45,443 bases of DNA from Deltaproteobacteria bacterium (GTDB taxonomy: Bacteria; Desulfobacterota; GWC2-55-46): the NCBI GenBank assembly GCA_038041305.1, contig JBBTGV010000052.1:1-45443 (forward strand), read 5' to 3'. A program made the position numbers and the translations under genes. Below, one piece after another: positions 15,087 to 23,226 of this stretch; the first letter of the stretch is position 1, and the number at the start of each line of letters is the position of its first letter. Under the pieces are notes generated by a model. That model was not told where the DNA came from. It made no database searches and worked only from the letters and a program-made list of their open reading frames with translations.

Positions 15087-16942
15087 TGTTTTTTTACCGG
15101 CGTTGCGGCTTCTTTTTTCACGATGTCCTTTGCCTTGTCCCTGCCGGCCTCTACGACATGTTTAAAGTCGGCAATCTCAAATTTAAGCTTTGTGAACGCG
15201 CCTGTCGTCTGGGCGTCAAGCTCCGTCCTCGCTTTGGCAAGGCCCTTTTCGGCTTCGCTCAAGCCCTTTTTGATGCGTTTGTCTATTCCCATGCTGTCGT
15301 CCACGACGCCTTTGGCGAGGTTGAGCCTGCTGTCCACCCTTGATTTAAGCCCGGTATAAATCATCTCAAAATATATTTCCTCGTTCTTTTCAAGCCTTGC
15401 GAGGTCATGGCCGATCACCTCTATAATCTTTGCCATTGCCAGGAATTCATCGCGCTTGACCTCCTTGGCCCGTCCCGTCGTCATGACCTCAAGTATCGGG
15501 CATACGAGGGGCGAGTTCGTGCATTCAAGGTTTTCACCGCCGTCGTATATTATGAGCTTTACGATCTTTTTTTCATCCTCGTTTATGGGCCTCTTGAGGA
15601 TGTCTTTCCACATGCCGTAGATTATCTTTTCAATGCTTTTTAGAAACTGCGCGTTGGGACCGCCAAGGTTTTCTCCGAGCCTTGAGTCCCGGTCCGTTAT
15701 CTTATGGCCGGCCTGAAGCACGGTCCTTATCTTGCGGACCGTCTTCTCAACGCGCTGCGAGGTCCTCTCCAGCCCCTTTGCCGCATTCTTAAGGTATGTC
15801 CTTTTCTCTTTAAGTTCCTGCTCTTTCCGGAGCAAGCCTTCCCTCAGATCCTCAATGGTCCTGTAGTGTTTTATGGCAATCTCAACGCCGGGGGTTTTTT
15901 TCAGGAGAAAGAGATGCCTCTCCTGCTCCGGCGTAAGCCCCGCGGCGGGTTCTCCAAGCAGGCTCTTTATGTAAACGGACCTCAAGGACTCGTCCTCTAT
16001 AAGGGCGTCAAGCCTTTTTTGCGCGTCCTCGGTGTCCCGCATAAGCGCGTCAAACTGAACGGCGGCCTGCTCGGCCTTTTCAAGTTTTATGTAAGAGTAT
16101 CCCGTAAGGGCCCTTGCCTCGCGCGCCTCAGGGGTGTCAAGCGGCAGCGTATTCGCCTCGTTCAGAAGGAGTATCGCTTTTTCATCCGCGCCGAGGCGCA
16201 CAAGAGACCATCCGGACTTCACAAGCCGTTCCCTGTAAAAAGGGCTTTGGGGGGGGATATTGTTGAATTCATTGAGCGCGGCCTCTGGATTGCCCAGCTC
16301 AAAAAGTATCTGGCCGATAAGCAGATGGAGCCTGTCTCTCGCGGCGTCATTGAGGTTTTGCTGCTGCAGCAGCTCCCTCAGGTCGGTCTCCGCGCCCTTG
16401 AGCTCCTGCTTCATCACCTTAAGCTGCGCAAGGGCTATCCTTGCGTATGGATAGAGATGGTGTTCAGGAGGCACCTGCTGGAACGCGACCTTTGCCTCCC
16501 CTATCCTTTTAAGCTCAAGGAATGAGATGCCTTTGAAATACAGCGACGCGCCGTTGTCCCCGATCTCTTTTCCAAGCTGAATGATGCCTTCGTAATCGCT
16601 CTTTTTGTATGCCGAATCAAAGAGGCTGAACAGCAGAGGGTCGCTTACCGGGTCCGATGGGATGGCGATTGAGGGGTAATCGCGCCTGAAAAGCATCTCG
16701 TTGTCGGATTGTCTTAGGAGGATGAGGAGCCGTTCTTTTTCCTGCGCCTTTGGGGAGTTTAAGGCGGCGTTTGCCGTATCCGCCGACAGGAGATAGTCTT
16801 TGCGGAGATAATGGTAGAGGGCGTTTTGAAACTGGTACTGCTCCATGGTAAGCCTTTTGGTTTTGGAGACGTCTACCTCCTCCGCAAAGAGGTTCAGCGG
16901 AAAGACAAGGAAGATAAGAAGAAGGGTTAGGATGTATTTCAT
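15083..16942 (-). CDS. Secreted TPR plus coiled-coil protein
   Basis: Signal peptide MKYILTLLLIFLVFPLNLFA. The N-terminal half has TPR-like repeats and the C-terminal half is charged and heptad-rich. Confidence 0.6.
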   Translation of the reverse strand: MKYILTLLLIFLVFPLNLFAEEVDVSKTKRLTMEQYQFQNALYHYLRKDYLLSADTANAALNSPKAQEKERLLILLRQSDNEMLFRRDYPSIAIPSDPVSDPLLFSLFDSAYKKSDYEGIIQLGKEIGDNGASLYFKGISFLELKRIGEAKVAFQQVPPEHHLYPYARIALAQLKVMKQELKGAETDLRELLQQQNLNDAARDRLHLLIGQILFELGNPEAALNEFNNIPPQSPFYRERLVKSGWSLVRLGADEKAILLLNEANTLPLDTPEAREARALTGYSYIKLEKAEQAAVQFDALMRDTEDAQKRLDALIEDESLRSVYIKSLLGEPAAGLTPEQERHLFLLKKTPGVEIAIKHYRTIEDLREGLLRKEQELKEKRTYLKNAAKGLERTSQRVEKTVRKIRTVLQAGHKITDRDSRLGENLGGPNAQFLKSIEKIIYGMWKDILKRPINEDEKKIVKLIIYDGGENLECTNSPLVCPILEVMTTGRAKEVKRDEFLAMAKIIEVIGHDLARLEKNEEIYFEMIYTGLKSRVDSRLNLAKGVVDDSMGIDKRIKKGLSEAEKGLAKARTELDAQTTGAFTKLKFEIADFKHVVEAGRDKAKDIVKKEAATPVKKQ

Positions 16943-16944
16943 TC

Positions 16945-17493
16945 TTATTTGTTCTGGATCTCAAGCTGCGAGGGCCTTAGCCTTGCCCCTGCCTCGCCCT
17001 TCTCAAGGGACAGCTCAATAAAGTAGCTTTTTGAAGGCTGGGTCTGGAGCTTCACCATAAGCTCGCTTTTCTGCAGGGGCGCGCCTTTTATTCTCCAGAA
17101 ATATATAATCTTGAAGTTGTGGCCTCCCTCGCTGATTGCGCCCGCGTGGATCTGGTGCCTTCCCCCCGCGTCAAGCGCGCTTAGTTCCGAGGCATTGTAG
17201 AAATGATTTTTCACGAACACCTCGTTGTCCGAAATCTCAATGGAGACAAGCTCAACAAGGGGCTCTTTTTTGACGACCGTCATGTTGATGGTGGTGTCAG
17301 GGTAGCTTTTTATCTCCTGGTCCAGCTTCAGGATGTCCTCGGACACCGCGTTGTAGTCCTTATCAAGCCGCATTATAAGCTCCCTGATGGACTCTTCCCT
17401 GCGCGCATCCTCGGCTGAGGCGCGCTGAACGCCTATAACCATTGAAGGCAGGAGTATCGCGGCGGCCAAAAAAATTTTTATTTTTCTATCCAT
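16945..17493 (-). CDS. Secreted protein, first gene of the operon, unknown function
   Basis: I chose ATG 17493 (MDRKIKIFLAAAILLPSMVIGVQRASA, a signal peptide); the tracked start at 17556 is a non-ATG codon further upstream. The stop is 2 nt before the next gene. Confidence 0.55.
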   Translation of the reverse strand: MDRKIKIFLAAAILLPSMVIGVQRASAEDARREESIRELIMRLDKDYNAVSEDILKLDQEIKSYPDTTINMTVVKKEPLVELVSIEISDNEVFVKNHFYNASELSALDAGGRHQIHAGAISEGGHNFKIIYFWRIKGAPLQKSELMVKLQTQPSKSYFIELSLEKGEAGARLRPSQLEIQNK

Positions 17494-17862
17494 AGGCCAT
17501 AGGCTTTCATGCCGGCGACGTTGGTTTAACCCGGCCAAAAACCAAGATCCCGCCAATAATCAAAAAGATACCTCTTTGTGAAAGAGTTGTATGATTTGTT
17601 ATCGGCAGAATACTGGACGGGCAAAAGCCAAAATCCAGAAAAAGAAAACCCTCCGGCCGGCTGCCTTTCAATTGCCCGTTCGGCAAGGGCAACGGGGCTT
17701 CAACCGGGGAGGCGTGGTATTTTTCATTTTATCCTGAAAAGACCCTTTAAAGCAATGAAAAAAATGGGTCAACGCGACTGGACATTCGTTTGGTTTTAGC
17801 CGTGCCCGGTTTAAAAAAACCTGAGATTCGCACCCGGGCATCTGCCGGGGAAAGGGCGAGCC

Positions 17863-17891
17863 TTGACAAGAGTTTTTCTTTACTGTAAGTT
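17863..17891 (+). promoter_or_regulatory. sigma70-type promoter upstream of tadA
   Basis: TTGACA (17863-17868), 17 nt, TAAGTT (17886-17891), about 80 nt before ATG 17971. Confidence 0.4.
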
Positions 17892-17970
17892 AAAAACGGC
17901 CTTATATTATTTGTTTTTGTCTTTGGTCAACAGGTTAAAAAATTTGCGGAAAAACTTAGACACCCTGTTC

Positions 17971-18432
17971 ATGGCAGAGGCCATAAAAGAGGCTGAAAAG
18001 GCGGGAAAAAAGGGAGATATCCCGGTAGGCGCGGTTATCGTAAAAGACAATCGCGTAATCAGCAGGGGGCATAACAGCAAAGAGCTTAACAACGACCCCT
18101 GCGCCCATGCCGAGATTATTGCTATAAAAAAGGCCTCAAAGGCCCTTTTATCGTGGAGGCTGAAGCACACAACCCTTTATGTTACGCTTGAGCCGTGCAT
18201 CATGTGCATGGGCGCTATAATGCAGGCAAGGGTTAAGAGACTTGTCTTTGCGTGCCATGACCCGAAGGCAGGGGCATGCGGGTCATTGTACGACATGTCA
18301 AGGGATTTAAGGCTTAATCACAGGCTTATCGTGGACTTCGGGGTTTCAGGCGAAAAGGCATCTGCCCTGCTAAAGGAATTTTTCTTAACATTAAGGGGTA
18401 GAGGAGGCGTTAAAAGGCAGGCCCCTGTTTAA
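17971..18432 (+). CDS. tadA: tRNA adenosine(34) deaminase
   Basis: CAHAE and PCIMC zinc motifs are present. MAEAIKEAEKAGKKGDIPVGAVIV...RGHN is typical of TadA. ATG 17971 is preferred over the tracked 17863. Confidence 0.9.
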   Translation: MAEAIKEAEKAGKKGDIPVGAVIVKDNRVISRGHNSKELNNDPCAHAEIIAIKKASKALLSWRLKHTTLYVTLEPCIMCMGAIMQARVKRLVFACHDPKAGACGSLYDMSRDLRLNHRLIVDFGVSGEKASALLKEFFLTLRGRGGVKRQAPV

Positions 18433-18474
18433 TCCCGCGCGGGCAGGCTTAAAAAACAAGGAGAACTCTGAGGC

Positions 18475-19923
18475 ATGGCAAACATATCCGATAACATATT
18501 CAGGGAATACGACGTAAGGGGGGTCTTTGGCAAGGACCTGACAGAGGAGGTCGCGGAACTCCTCGCAAGGGCCTATGCGATTTATCTGAGGAAAAACTCC
18601 CCGGAAAAAGGAGACTTAAAGGTAACCATCGGCAGGGACGTAAGGCTAAGCTCCCCGGCCTTAAGGGATTCGTTTATCAAAGGGCTTAGTTCCAGCGGCA
18701 TTAACTGCATGGACATAGGCGCATGCCCCACGCCGCTACAGTATTTTTCAATGAACATATTGAAGGTGCACGGCGGGGTGATGATAACCGGGAGCCACAA
18801 TCCTCCTGAGTACAACGGTTTTAAGATAAGCGTCGGCAAGGAGACCATACACGGCAACGAGATACAGAGGCTTAAGTATGTCCTGAGGGAAGAGGTGCTT
18901 AAGGTGGCGGCAGAGGATAAACGGACGAGACACGGCGAGGTTGACTCGTTTGAGGTAATCCCGCAGTACATTGAAAACATAGCAAGGAGGTTTTCGCTCC
19001 CGGCGCTTAATACACCTTTAAAGGTCGTGCTTGACTGCGGAAACGGCACCGCTGGCCCTGTTGCGCCAGAGCTTCTAAGGAGGCTCGGCTGCGACGTGAT
19101 CGCGCTTTTCCCGGAGCCGGACGGTAGGTTCCCGAACCACCACCCGGACCCGACCATACCGGAAAACCTTAAGGAACTCATAAATACGGTAAAAAAAGAA
19201 AAGGCGGACTTCGGCGTCGCGTACGACGGGGACGCGGACAGGATCGGCGTTGTTGACGAGAAGGGCGAGATAATCTGGGGCGACAACCTGATGGTGATAT
19301 TCGCGGGCGCGATATTAAAAAAATCGCCGGGCGCGACCATCGTGGGCGAGGTAAAGTGCTCTCAGGTAATGTATGACGAGATAGAGAGGCTCGGCGGGAG
19401 ACCCGTAATGTGGAAGACGGGCCATTCCCTGATAAAGGCAAAGATGAAGGAGCTTAAGGCCGCTATGGCGGGAGAGATGAGCGGCCACATATTCTTCGCG
19501 GATAAATACTTTGGCTATGACGATGCCATATATGCATCATGCAGGCTTGTTGAGATAATGGCCGAGGAGAGGCAGGCGGATAAGGATTTTAAGTTTTCCC
19601 GGCTTTTATCCGGACTTCCAAAGACATTTTCAACGCCAGAGATAAGGATAGACTGCCCTGACAACTTGAAGTTTGATGTGATAGAGAGGCTCGGCGGCAT
19701 TTTCTCAAAAGGCTCGGATGAGCTTAAGCTGAAGGATGTGATAAGGGTTGACGGGCTGAGGGCTGTTTTTGAGGGCGGGTGGGCGCTCGTGCGCGCAAGC
19801 AACACACAGCCGGTGCTTGTCTTGAGGTTTGAGGCAACATCAAACGAACTGCTCAAAAAGGCGAAGGGGTTTGTAAGGGAAGGCCTTAAAACGGCATGGC
19901 CCGATGTGGAGGCCGCGTTTTAA
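18475..19923 (+). CDS. Phosphomannomutase/phosphoglucomutase (alpha-D-phosphohexomutase family)
   Basis: Active-site loop TGSHNPPEYNGFK, Mg loop DGDADR and sugar loop GEMSGH. Confidence 0.9.
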   Translation: MANISDNIFREYDVRGVFGKDLTEEVAELLARAYAIYLRKNSPEKGDLKVTIGRDVRLSSPALRDSFIKGLSSSGINCMDIGACPTPLQYFSMNILKVHGGVMITGSHNPPEYNGFKISVGKETIHGNEIQRLKYVLREEVLKVAAEDKRTRHGEVDSFEVIPQYIENIARRFSLPALNTPLKVVLDCGNGTAGPVAPELLRRLGCDVIALFPEPDGRFPNHHPDPTIPENLKELINTVKKEKADFGVAYDGDADRIGVVDEKGEIIWGDNLMVIFAGAILKKSPGATIVGEVKCSQVMYDEIERLGGRPVMWKTGHSLIKAKMKELKAAMAGEMSGHIFFADKYFGYDDAIYASCRLVEIMAEERQADKDFKFSRLLSGLPKTFSTPEIRIDCPDNLKFDVIERLGGIFSKGSDELKLKDVIRVDGLRAVFEGGWALVRASNTQPVLVLRFEATSNELLKKAKGFVREGLKTAWPDVEAAF

Positions 19924-20228
19924 TAACAAGCGGCCTTTGTTTTAATTTTTACATAAGATAATAAACAGCGCTTCATATTAGACCCCAGATGTCTTAGGCG
20001 CGTCATGGACTTATCCATTCCCTCAATTCCGTCCATATTCCGCTGGCGCTAAAATTTTTCATTTCTCCTTCTAATCTTTTTCTTGCCGCAATAATCCCTT
20101 AACGCAAAGGCCCTACAATCCTCTGGGCGATACTAAAGATCCTTTTGAATTTAAGGACCATCCTTGTCGTCATCTTAACAGAGGTGATGGTCTTCTGGTT
20201 CAAGGACATAGAGTTTAAGAGGATAATC

Positions 20229-20342
20229 ATGTTTATCGCCCTTGTGATTGCGCTCATTGTGGCGCGGGTGCTGGCGATATGGTTCTCACCCGCAAGGGCA
20301 ATGGAGGGCCGGCAGGAAAAAAACATTGAAAGGCCTGAATAA
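20229..20342 (+). CDS. Possible 37-aa small membrane peptide
   Basis: MFIALVIALIVARVLAIWFSPARAMEGRQEKNIERPE has one hydrophobic helix and a charged tail. AAGAGGA lies 5 nt upstream of the ATG. No homology was recognised. Confidence 0.3.
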   Translation: MFIALVIALIVARVLAIWFSPARAMEGRQEKNIERPE

Positions 20343-20372
20343 GCTGTCCGTGTTAACAGAAATACTGCCATG

Positions 20373-20406
20373 CCGTCATAATCGCTTAACAAAGGCCATG
20401 TAATAT
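20373..20406 (+). promoter_or_regulatory. Pho-box-like promoter (box, 10 nt, -10 hexamer)
   Basis: CCGTCATAATCGCTTAAC (20373-20390), 10 nt, TAATAT (20401-20406). The first half matches the E. coli Pho-box half CTGTCATA at 7 of 8 positions. The geometry is identical to the site at 23156-23189. Confidence 0.4.
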
Positions 20407-20442
20407 CTAAGACAAGAAATGAAAGAAAGGAGACCGGACGAT

Positions 20443-20628
20443 ATGGAATGTCCATATTTGGAGGAGAGAAAGGCAATGAGTTTTTGCAACGCCTCAGGGA
20501 GGCTCATGGCGCCGGGCATGGAGGAAATGGGTGAATTATGCACAACAGAAGATCATTACCGTTGTCTCAGGCTTCTCGGCTATGCCTTGAGGCAAGGGGG
20601 CAGGATGCTCTTGTTTGAGAAGTTTTAG
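20443..20628 (+). CDS. Small Cys-containing protein (61 aa), unknown function
   Basis: MECPYLEERKAMSFCNASGRL...ELCTTEDHYRCLRLL has four Cys. AAGGAG lies 10 nt upstream of ATG 20443; the tracked start at 20419 has no Shine-Dalgarno sequence. The stop is 51 nt upstream of the porin gene. Confidence 0.4.
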   Translation: MECPYLEERKAMSFCNASGRLMAPGMEEMGELCTTEDHYRCLRLLGYALRQGGRMLLFEKF

Positions 20629-20679
20629 CCGGGGTTAAGGCATTAGCGCAAAAAATACCAAGGAGGATAAGAAAAAAGC

Positions 20680-21855
20680 ATGAAAAGAAAGCTGTTGGGG
20701 CTCATGTTGTTAGGACTATGCCTCACGCCGGCCCTGCCGTCTTATGCCGGCGGGTTTTGGTTCGGGGACGAGACAAAGGGGGCAACACTCGGCTCCAATG
20801 AATCAGACCTGAACATAAGGATAAGGCTTCAGCCGAGGCTTGATTACGGGGACCTGATAAAAAGCGACGACGGCAAGACTTACGAGACGGAAAAAGACCT
20901 GTATTTGAGAAGGATACGCCTGGAATTGGGAGGCAATCTCCTGTCAAAGACAATCAAATACAACCTGATACTGACAGGAGACAAGTGGGACAAGGCCGGC
21001 AATTCAAACGAGATAGGCGTTCAGTATGCATATGTGGAATGGGAGCCGGACGAGGCGTATGCAGTGCTTTTCGGCAAGGAAAAACTTCCGTATTCAAGGG
21101 TATCGCTTACATCTTCATCCAAACAGTTGCTTATAGAAAGGCCGGTTTCAACAGAGGCCGCTAAAAAGCTCTTTGGCAAGTCCGAGGCCTATTATCAGCC
21201 CAAGATAGCGATTAAGGGAAAATTCCTTGAAGGGGTCGTGGGATACGAGGCGGCAGTGGCCGACGGCTGGCAGAGCGGAGAGTCCATACAGACGGACCGC
21301 GCGGTGTCAAGGGCAAACCCGTTGATAGCCGCAAGGGTTGAGTTGTCGCCTCCGGGCTGGACAGAAGGGAAAAAAAGCGACGCGCATCTCGGAAGCGGAC
21401 AGCACCTCACCCTCGGAATAAACGCCGCCAGTCAGGGTGCGATAGAGTACAAGGAAAACGGCTACGGGGAGGACAGAACGCTTTTGGGGTTTGACCTTTC
21501 AGGCCATTACCGCGGCTTTACCGGCCAGTTTGAATACAATCAGTGGACAGTAGACTCTGATGACCCCGAAGTCTCTGACACAAAACCACGGGGCTGGTAT
21601 GCGCAGGGCGGCTACCTTATAGAAGGCCTCAATATTGAGCCGGTTGCCCGCTACGAGGTCTATGACCAGGACTCAAACAGCGCGGACAAGTCGGAAAACG
21701 ACACAACCGTGGGGGTCAATTGGTACGGCAAGGGCCACAGCCTTAAGGTGGGCCTTAACTGGGTGCATGCGCAGTATGAGGACAACGCAAGCGGAGAGCT
21801 CGCCAACGACGACAAAAAAGACGTCTATCAGATGCAGGCGCAGATGTACTTCTGA
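20680..21855 (+). CDS. Phosphate-selective porin O/P family outer-membrane protein
   Basis: Signal peptide MKRKLLGLMLLGLCLTPALPSYA. The sequence shows an alternating beta-strand pattern and ends in the C-terminal ...MQAQMYF. It resembles OprO/OprP in size and sits next to pstS behind a Pho-box-like promoter. Confidence 0.65.
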   Translation: MKRKLLGLMLLGLCLTPALPSYAGGFWFGDETKGATLGSNESDLNIRIRLQPRLDYGDLIKSDDGKTYETEKDLYLRRIRLELGGNLLSKTIKYNLILTGDKWDKAGNSNEIGVQYAYVEWEPDEAYAVLFGKEKLPYSRVSLTSSSKQLLIERPVSTEAAKKLFGKSEAYYQPKIAIKGKFLEGVVGYEAAVADGWQSGESIQTDRAVSRANPLIAARVELSPPGWTEGKKSDAHLGSGQHLTLGINAASQGAIEYKENGYGEDRTLLGFDLSGHYRGFTGQFEYNQWTVDSDDPEVSDTKPRGWYAQGGYLIEGLNIEPVARYEVYDQDSNSADKSENDTTVGVNWYGKGHSLKVGLNWVHAQYEDNASGELANDDKKDVYQMQAQMYF

Positions 21856-21861
21856 CAACAG

Positions 21862-21893
21862 TTTTACGGGGGGCGCCGACACTCCCCGTAAAA
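21862..21893 (+). other. Perfect 10-bp hairpin after the porin gene
   Basis: TTTTACGGGG-(12 nt)-CCCCGTAAAA, starting 7 nt after the porin stop. No T-run follows it. Confidence 0.5.
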
Positions 21894-21943
21894 CCCCCAT
21901 CTATAAGGCAAATAGTTGGGGGGTCTTTCATCCTGTTGCCCTT

Positions 21944-21963
21944 GGAGGGAGGCAACTCCCTCC
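21944..21963 (+). terminator. GC-rich hairpin with GCAA tetraloop, possible partial terminator/processing site before pstS
   Basis: GGAGGGAG-GCAA-CTCCCTCC is followed by GGTTTTA. An alternative pairing GTTGCC (21935-21940) with GGCAAC (21951-21956) is mutually exclusive with it. Confidence 0.35.
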
Positions 21964-22016
21964 GGTTTTAGCAACGTAATGACGGGTATCACGCGAGAAA
22001 AACCAAAGGAGAAGAA

Positions 22017-23066
22017 ATGAGAACAAAAAATATACCGGGCATGTTTATCCTGCTGCTGATGAGCAGCATGTTTTTTGGCAGCGCCTTTGCAGAATCAATG
22101 ATAAACGGCGCGGGCGCGACGTTCCCTTATCCGCTGTATTCAAAATGGGCTTTTGAATACGAAAAAAAGACCGGCATTAAGATGAACTACCAGTCAATCG
22201 GCAGCGGCGGAGGGATAAAGCAGATAAAGGCCAAGACCGTTGATTTCGGGGCATCGGACGCCCCTTTGAGCGCGGATGAGGTTAATGAGGCCGGGCTCAT
22301 TCAGTTCCCGATGGCCATAGGCGGCGTTGTGCCTGTCGTCAACCTGAAGGGTGTGGCGCCGGGACAGATGAATCTAACAGCGGATGTGCTTGCCGACATC
22401 TATCTCGGCGGCATAAAAAAATGGAACGACAAGAGGATAGCCGAAATAAATCCTTCTCTTAAGCTCCCGGATGATACGATAACCGTTGTCCACCGCGCGG
22501 ACGGCAGCGGCACAAGCTGGATATTCACAAACTATCTTGATAAGGTCAGCAAGGCCTGGCATGAAAAGGTGGGCTTCGGCACGGCCGTAAACTGGCCCGC
22601 GGGCGTCGGCGGCAAGGGCAACGAGGGGGTGGCTACCTATGTAAAAAGGATAAAAAACACGATAGGCTATGTTGAGCTTGCCTACGCGCTGCAGAACAAA
22701 CTTACCCATGTCAGGCTTCAGAACAGGGACAAGGTTTTTGTGGAGCCTACGGCCGACAGCTTCATGGCGGCCGCGGCCGGAGCGGACTGGAAAAATACGC
22801 CGGCATACGCCGTGGTGCTTACTGATCAGCCGGGTAAAAACGCATGGCCCATAGCTGGCGCGACATTCATCCTTATGTACAAAGACCCGGAAAACTGCGC
22901 CAACACAAAGGCAGTGCTTGAATTTTTTGACTGGTCATACAAAAACGGCGCTGAGATGGCGAAGGCACTTGATTATGTCCCCATCCCGCGGGACGTCTAC
23001 GAGGCGATGGAAGACGCATGGACAGGGCAGATAAAATGCGGAAACGCCTCCATGCGGGGCATGTGA
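22017..23066 (+). CDS. pstS: Phosphate ABC transporter substrate-binding protein
   Basis: Signal peptide followed by GAGATFPYPLYSKWAFEYEKKTGIKMNYQSIGSGGGIKQI...DFGASDAPL, the canonical PstS signature. Confidence 0.95.
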   Translation: MRTKNIPGMFILLLMSSMFFGSAFAESMINGAGATFPYPLYSKWAFEYEKKTGIKMNYQSIGSGGGIKQIKAKTVDFGASDAPLSADEVNEAGLIQFPMAIGGVVPVVNLKGVAPGQMNLTADVLADIYLGGIKKWNDKRIAEINPSLKLPDDTITVVHRADGSGTSWIFTNYLDKVSKAWHEKVGFGTAVNWPAGVGGKGNEGVATYVKRIKNTIGYVELAYALQNKLTHVRLQNRDKVFVEPTADSFMAAAAGADWKNTPAYAVVLTDQPGKNAWPIAGATFILMYKDPENCANTKAVLEFFDWSYKNGAEMAKALDYVPIPRDVYEAMEDAWTGQIKCGNASMRGM

Positions 23067-23093
23067 TCAAGTTGCTTAAAAACAGCTCAACTG

Positions 23094-23124
23094 AATTGCC
23101 GCCCCGCGGGGCGGCAATTTTTTT
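23094..23124 (+). terminator. Rho-independent terminator after pstS
   Basis: A perfect 26-nt palindrome AATTGCCGCCCCGCGGGGCGGCAATT runs into TTTTTTT, 28 nt after the pstS stop. Confidence 0.85.
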
Positions 23125-23155
23125 AGACATGAGATTTAACGTGAATTTGGCGGGT

Positions 23156-23189
23156 CTGTCATACGACTGCAACATGTTTTGTGTAAAAT
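23156..23189 (+). promoter_or_regulatory. Pho box plus -10 hexamer upstream of the response-regulator gene
   Basis: CTGTCATACGACTGCAAC (23156-23173) matches the E. coli consensus CTGTCATA(A/T)A(T/A)CTGTCA(C/T) at 14 of 18 positions by my count. It is followed by 10 nt and then TAAAAT (23184-23189). Confidence 0.5.
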
Positions 23190-23226
23190 ATCCGAGAGTC
23201 GCTTAATCCTGAAACAATCGGGCGCT

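Noticed and set aside
15704-16525. 273-aa plus-strand ORF (also 13767..14177 and 12676..13122)
   Set aside because: All are antisense to the TPR genes of the minus-strand operon. They are Leu/Arg/Lys-rich mirror translations without motifs.
18582-19340. 252-aa minus-strand ORF
   Set aside because: It is antisense to the phosphohexomutase gene, which has all three catalytic loops.
20344-20392. TTAACA repeats 33 bp apart (20353 and 20386) as Bacillus-PhoP-type TT(A/T/C)ACA arrays
   Set aside because: The intervening 11-bp-phased positions (ACTGCC, GTCATA) do not match. The E. coli-type box reading explains the same DNA with better geometry.
20099-20476. 125-aa minus-strand ORF in the manB-porin spacer, and a 19-aa minus-strand ORF near 20010-20070 behind AAGGAG
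   Set aside because: The 125-aa ORF overlaps both plus-strand small ORFs and the Pho-box-like promoter, and has no start context. The 19-aa ORF has only 2 nt between the Shine-Dalgarno sequence and the ATG.
21975-22000. CCGTCATTACG on the minus strand just upstream of pstS as a third Pho box
   Set aside because: It is in the reverse orientation, lacks the 10-nt/-10 geometry of the other two sites, and has a poor second half.
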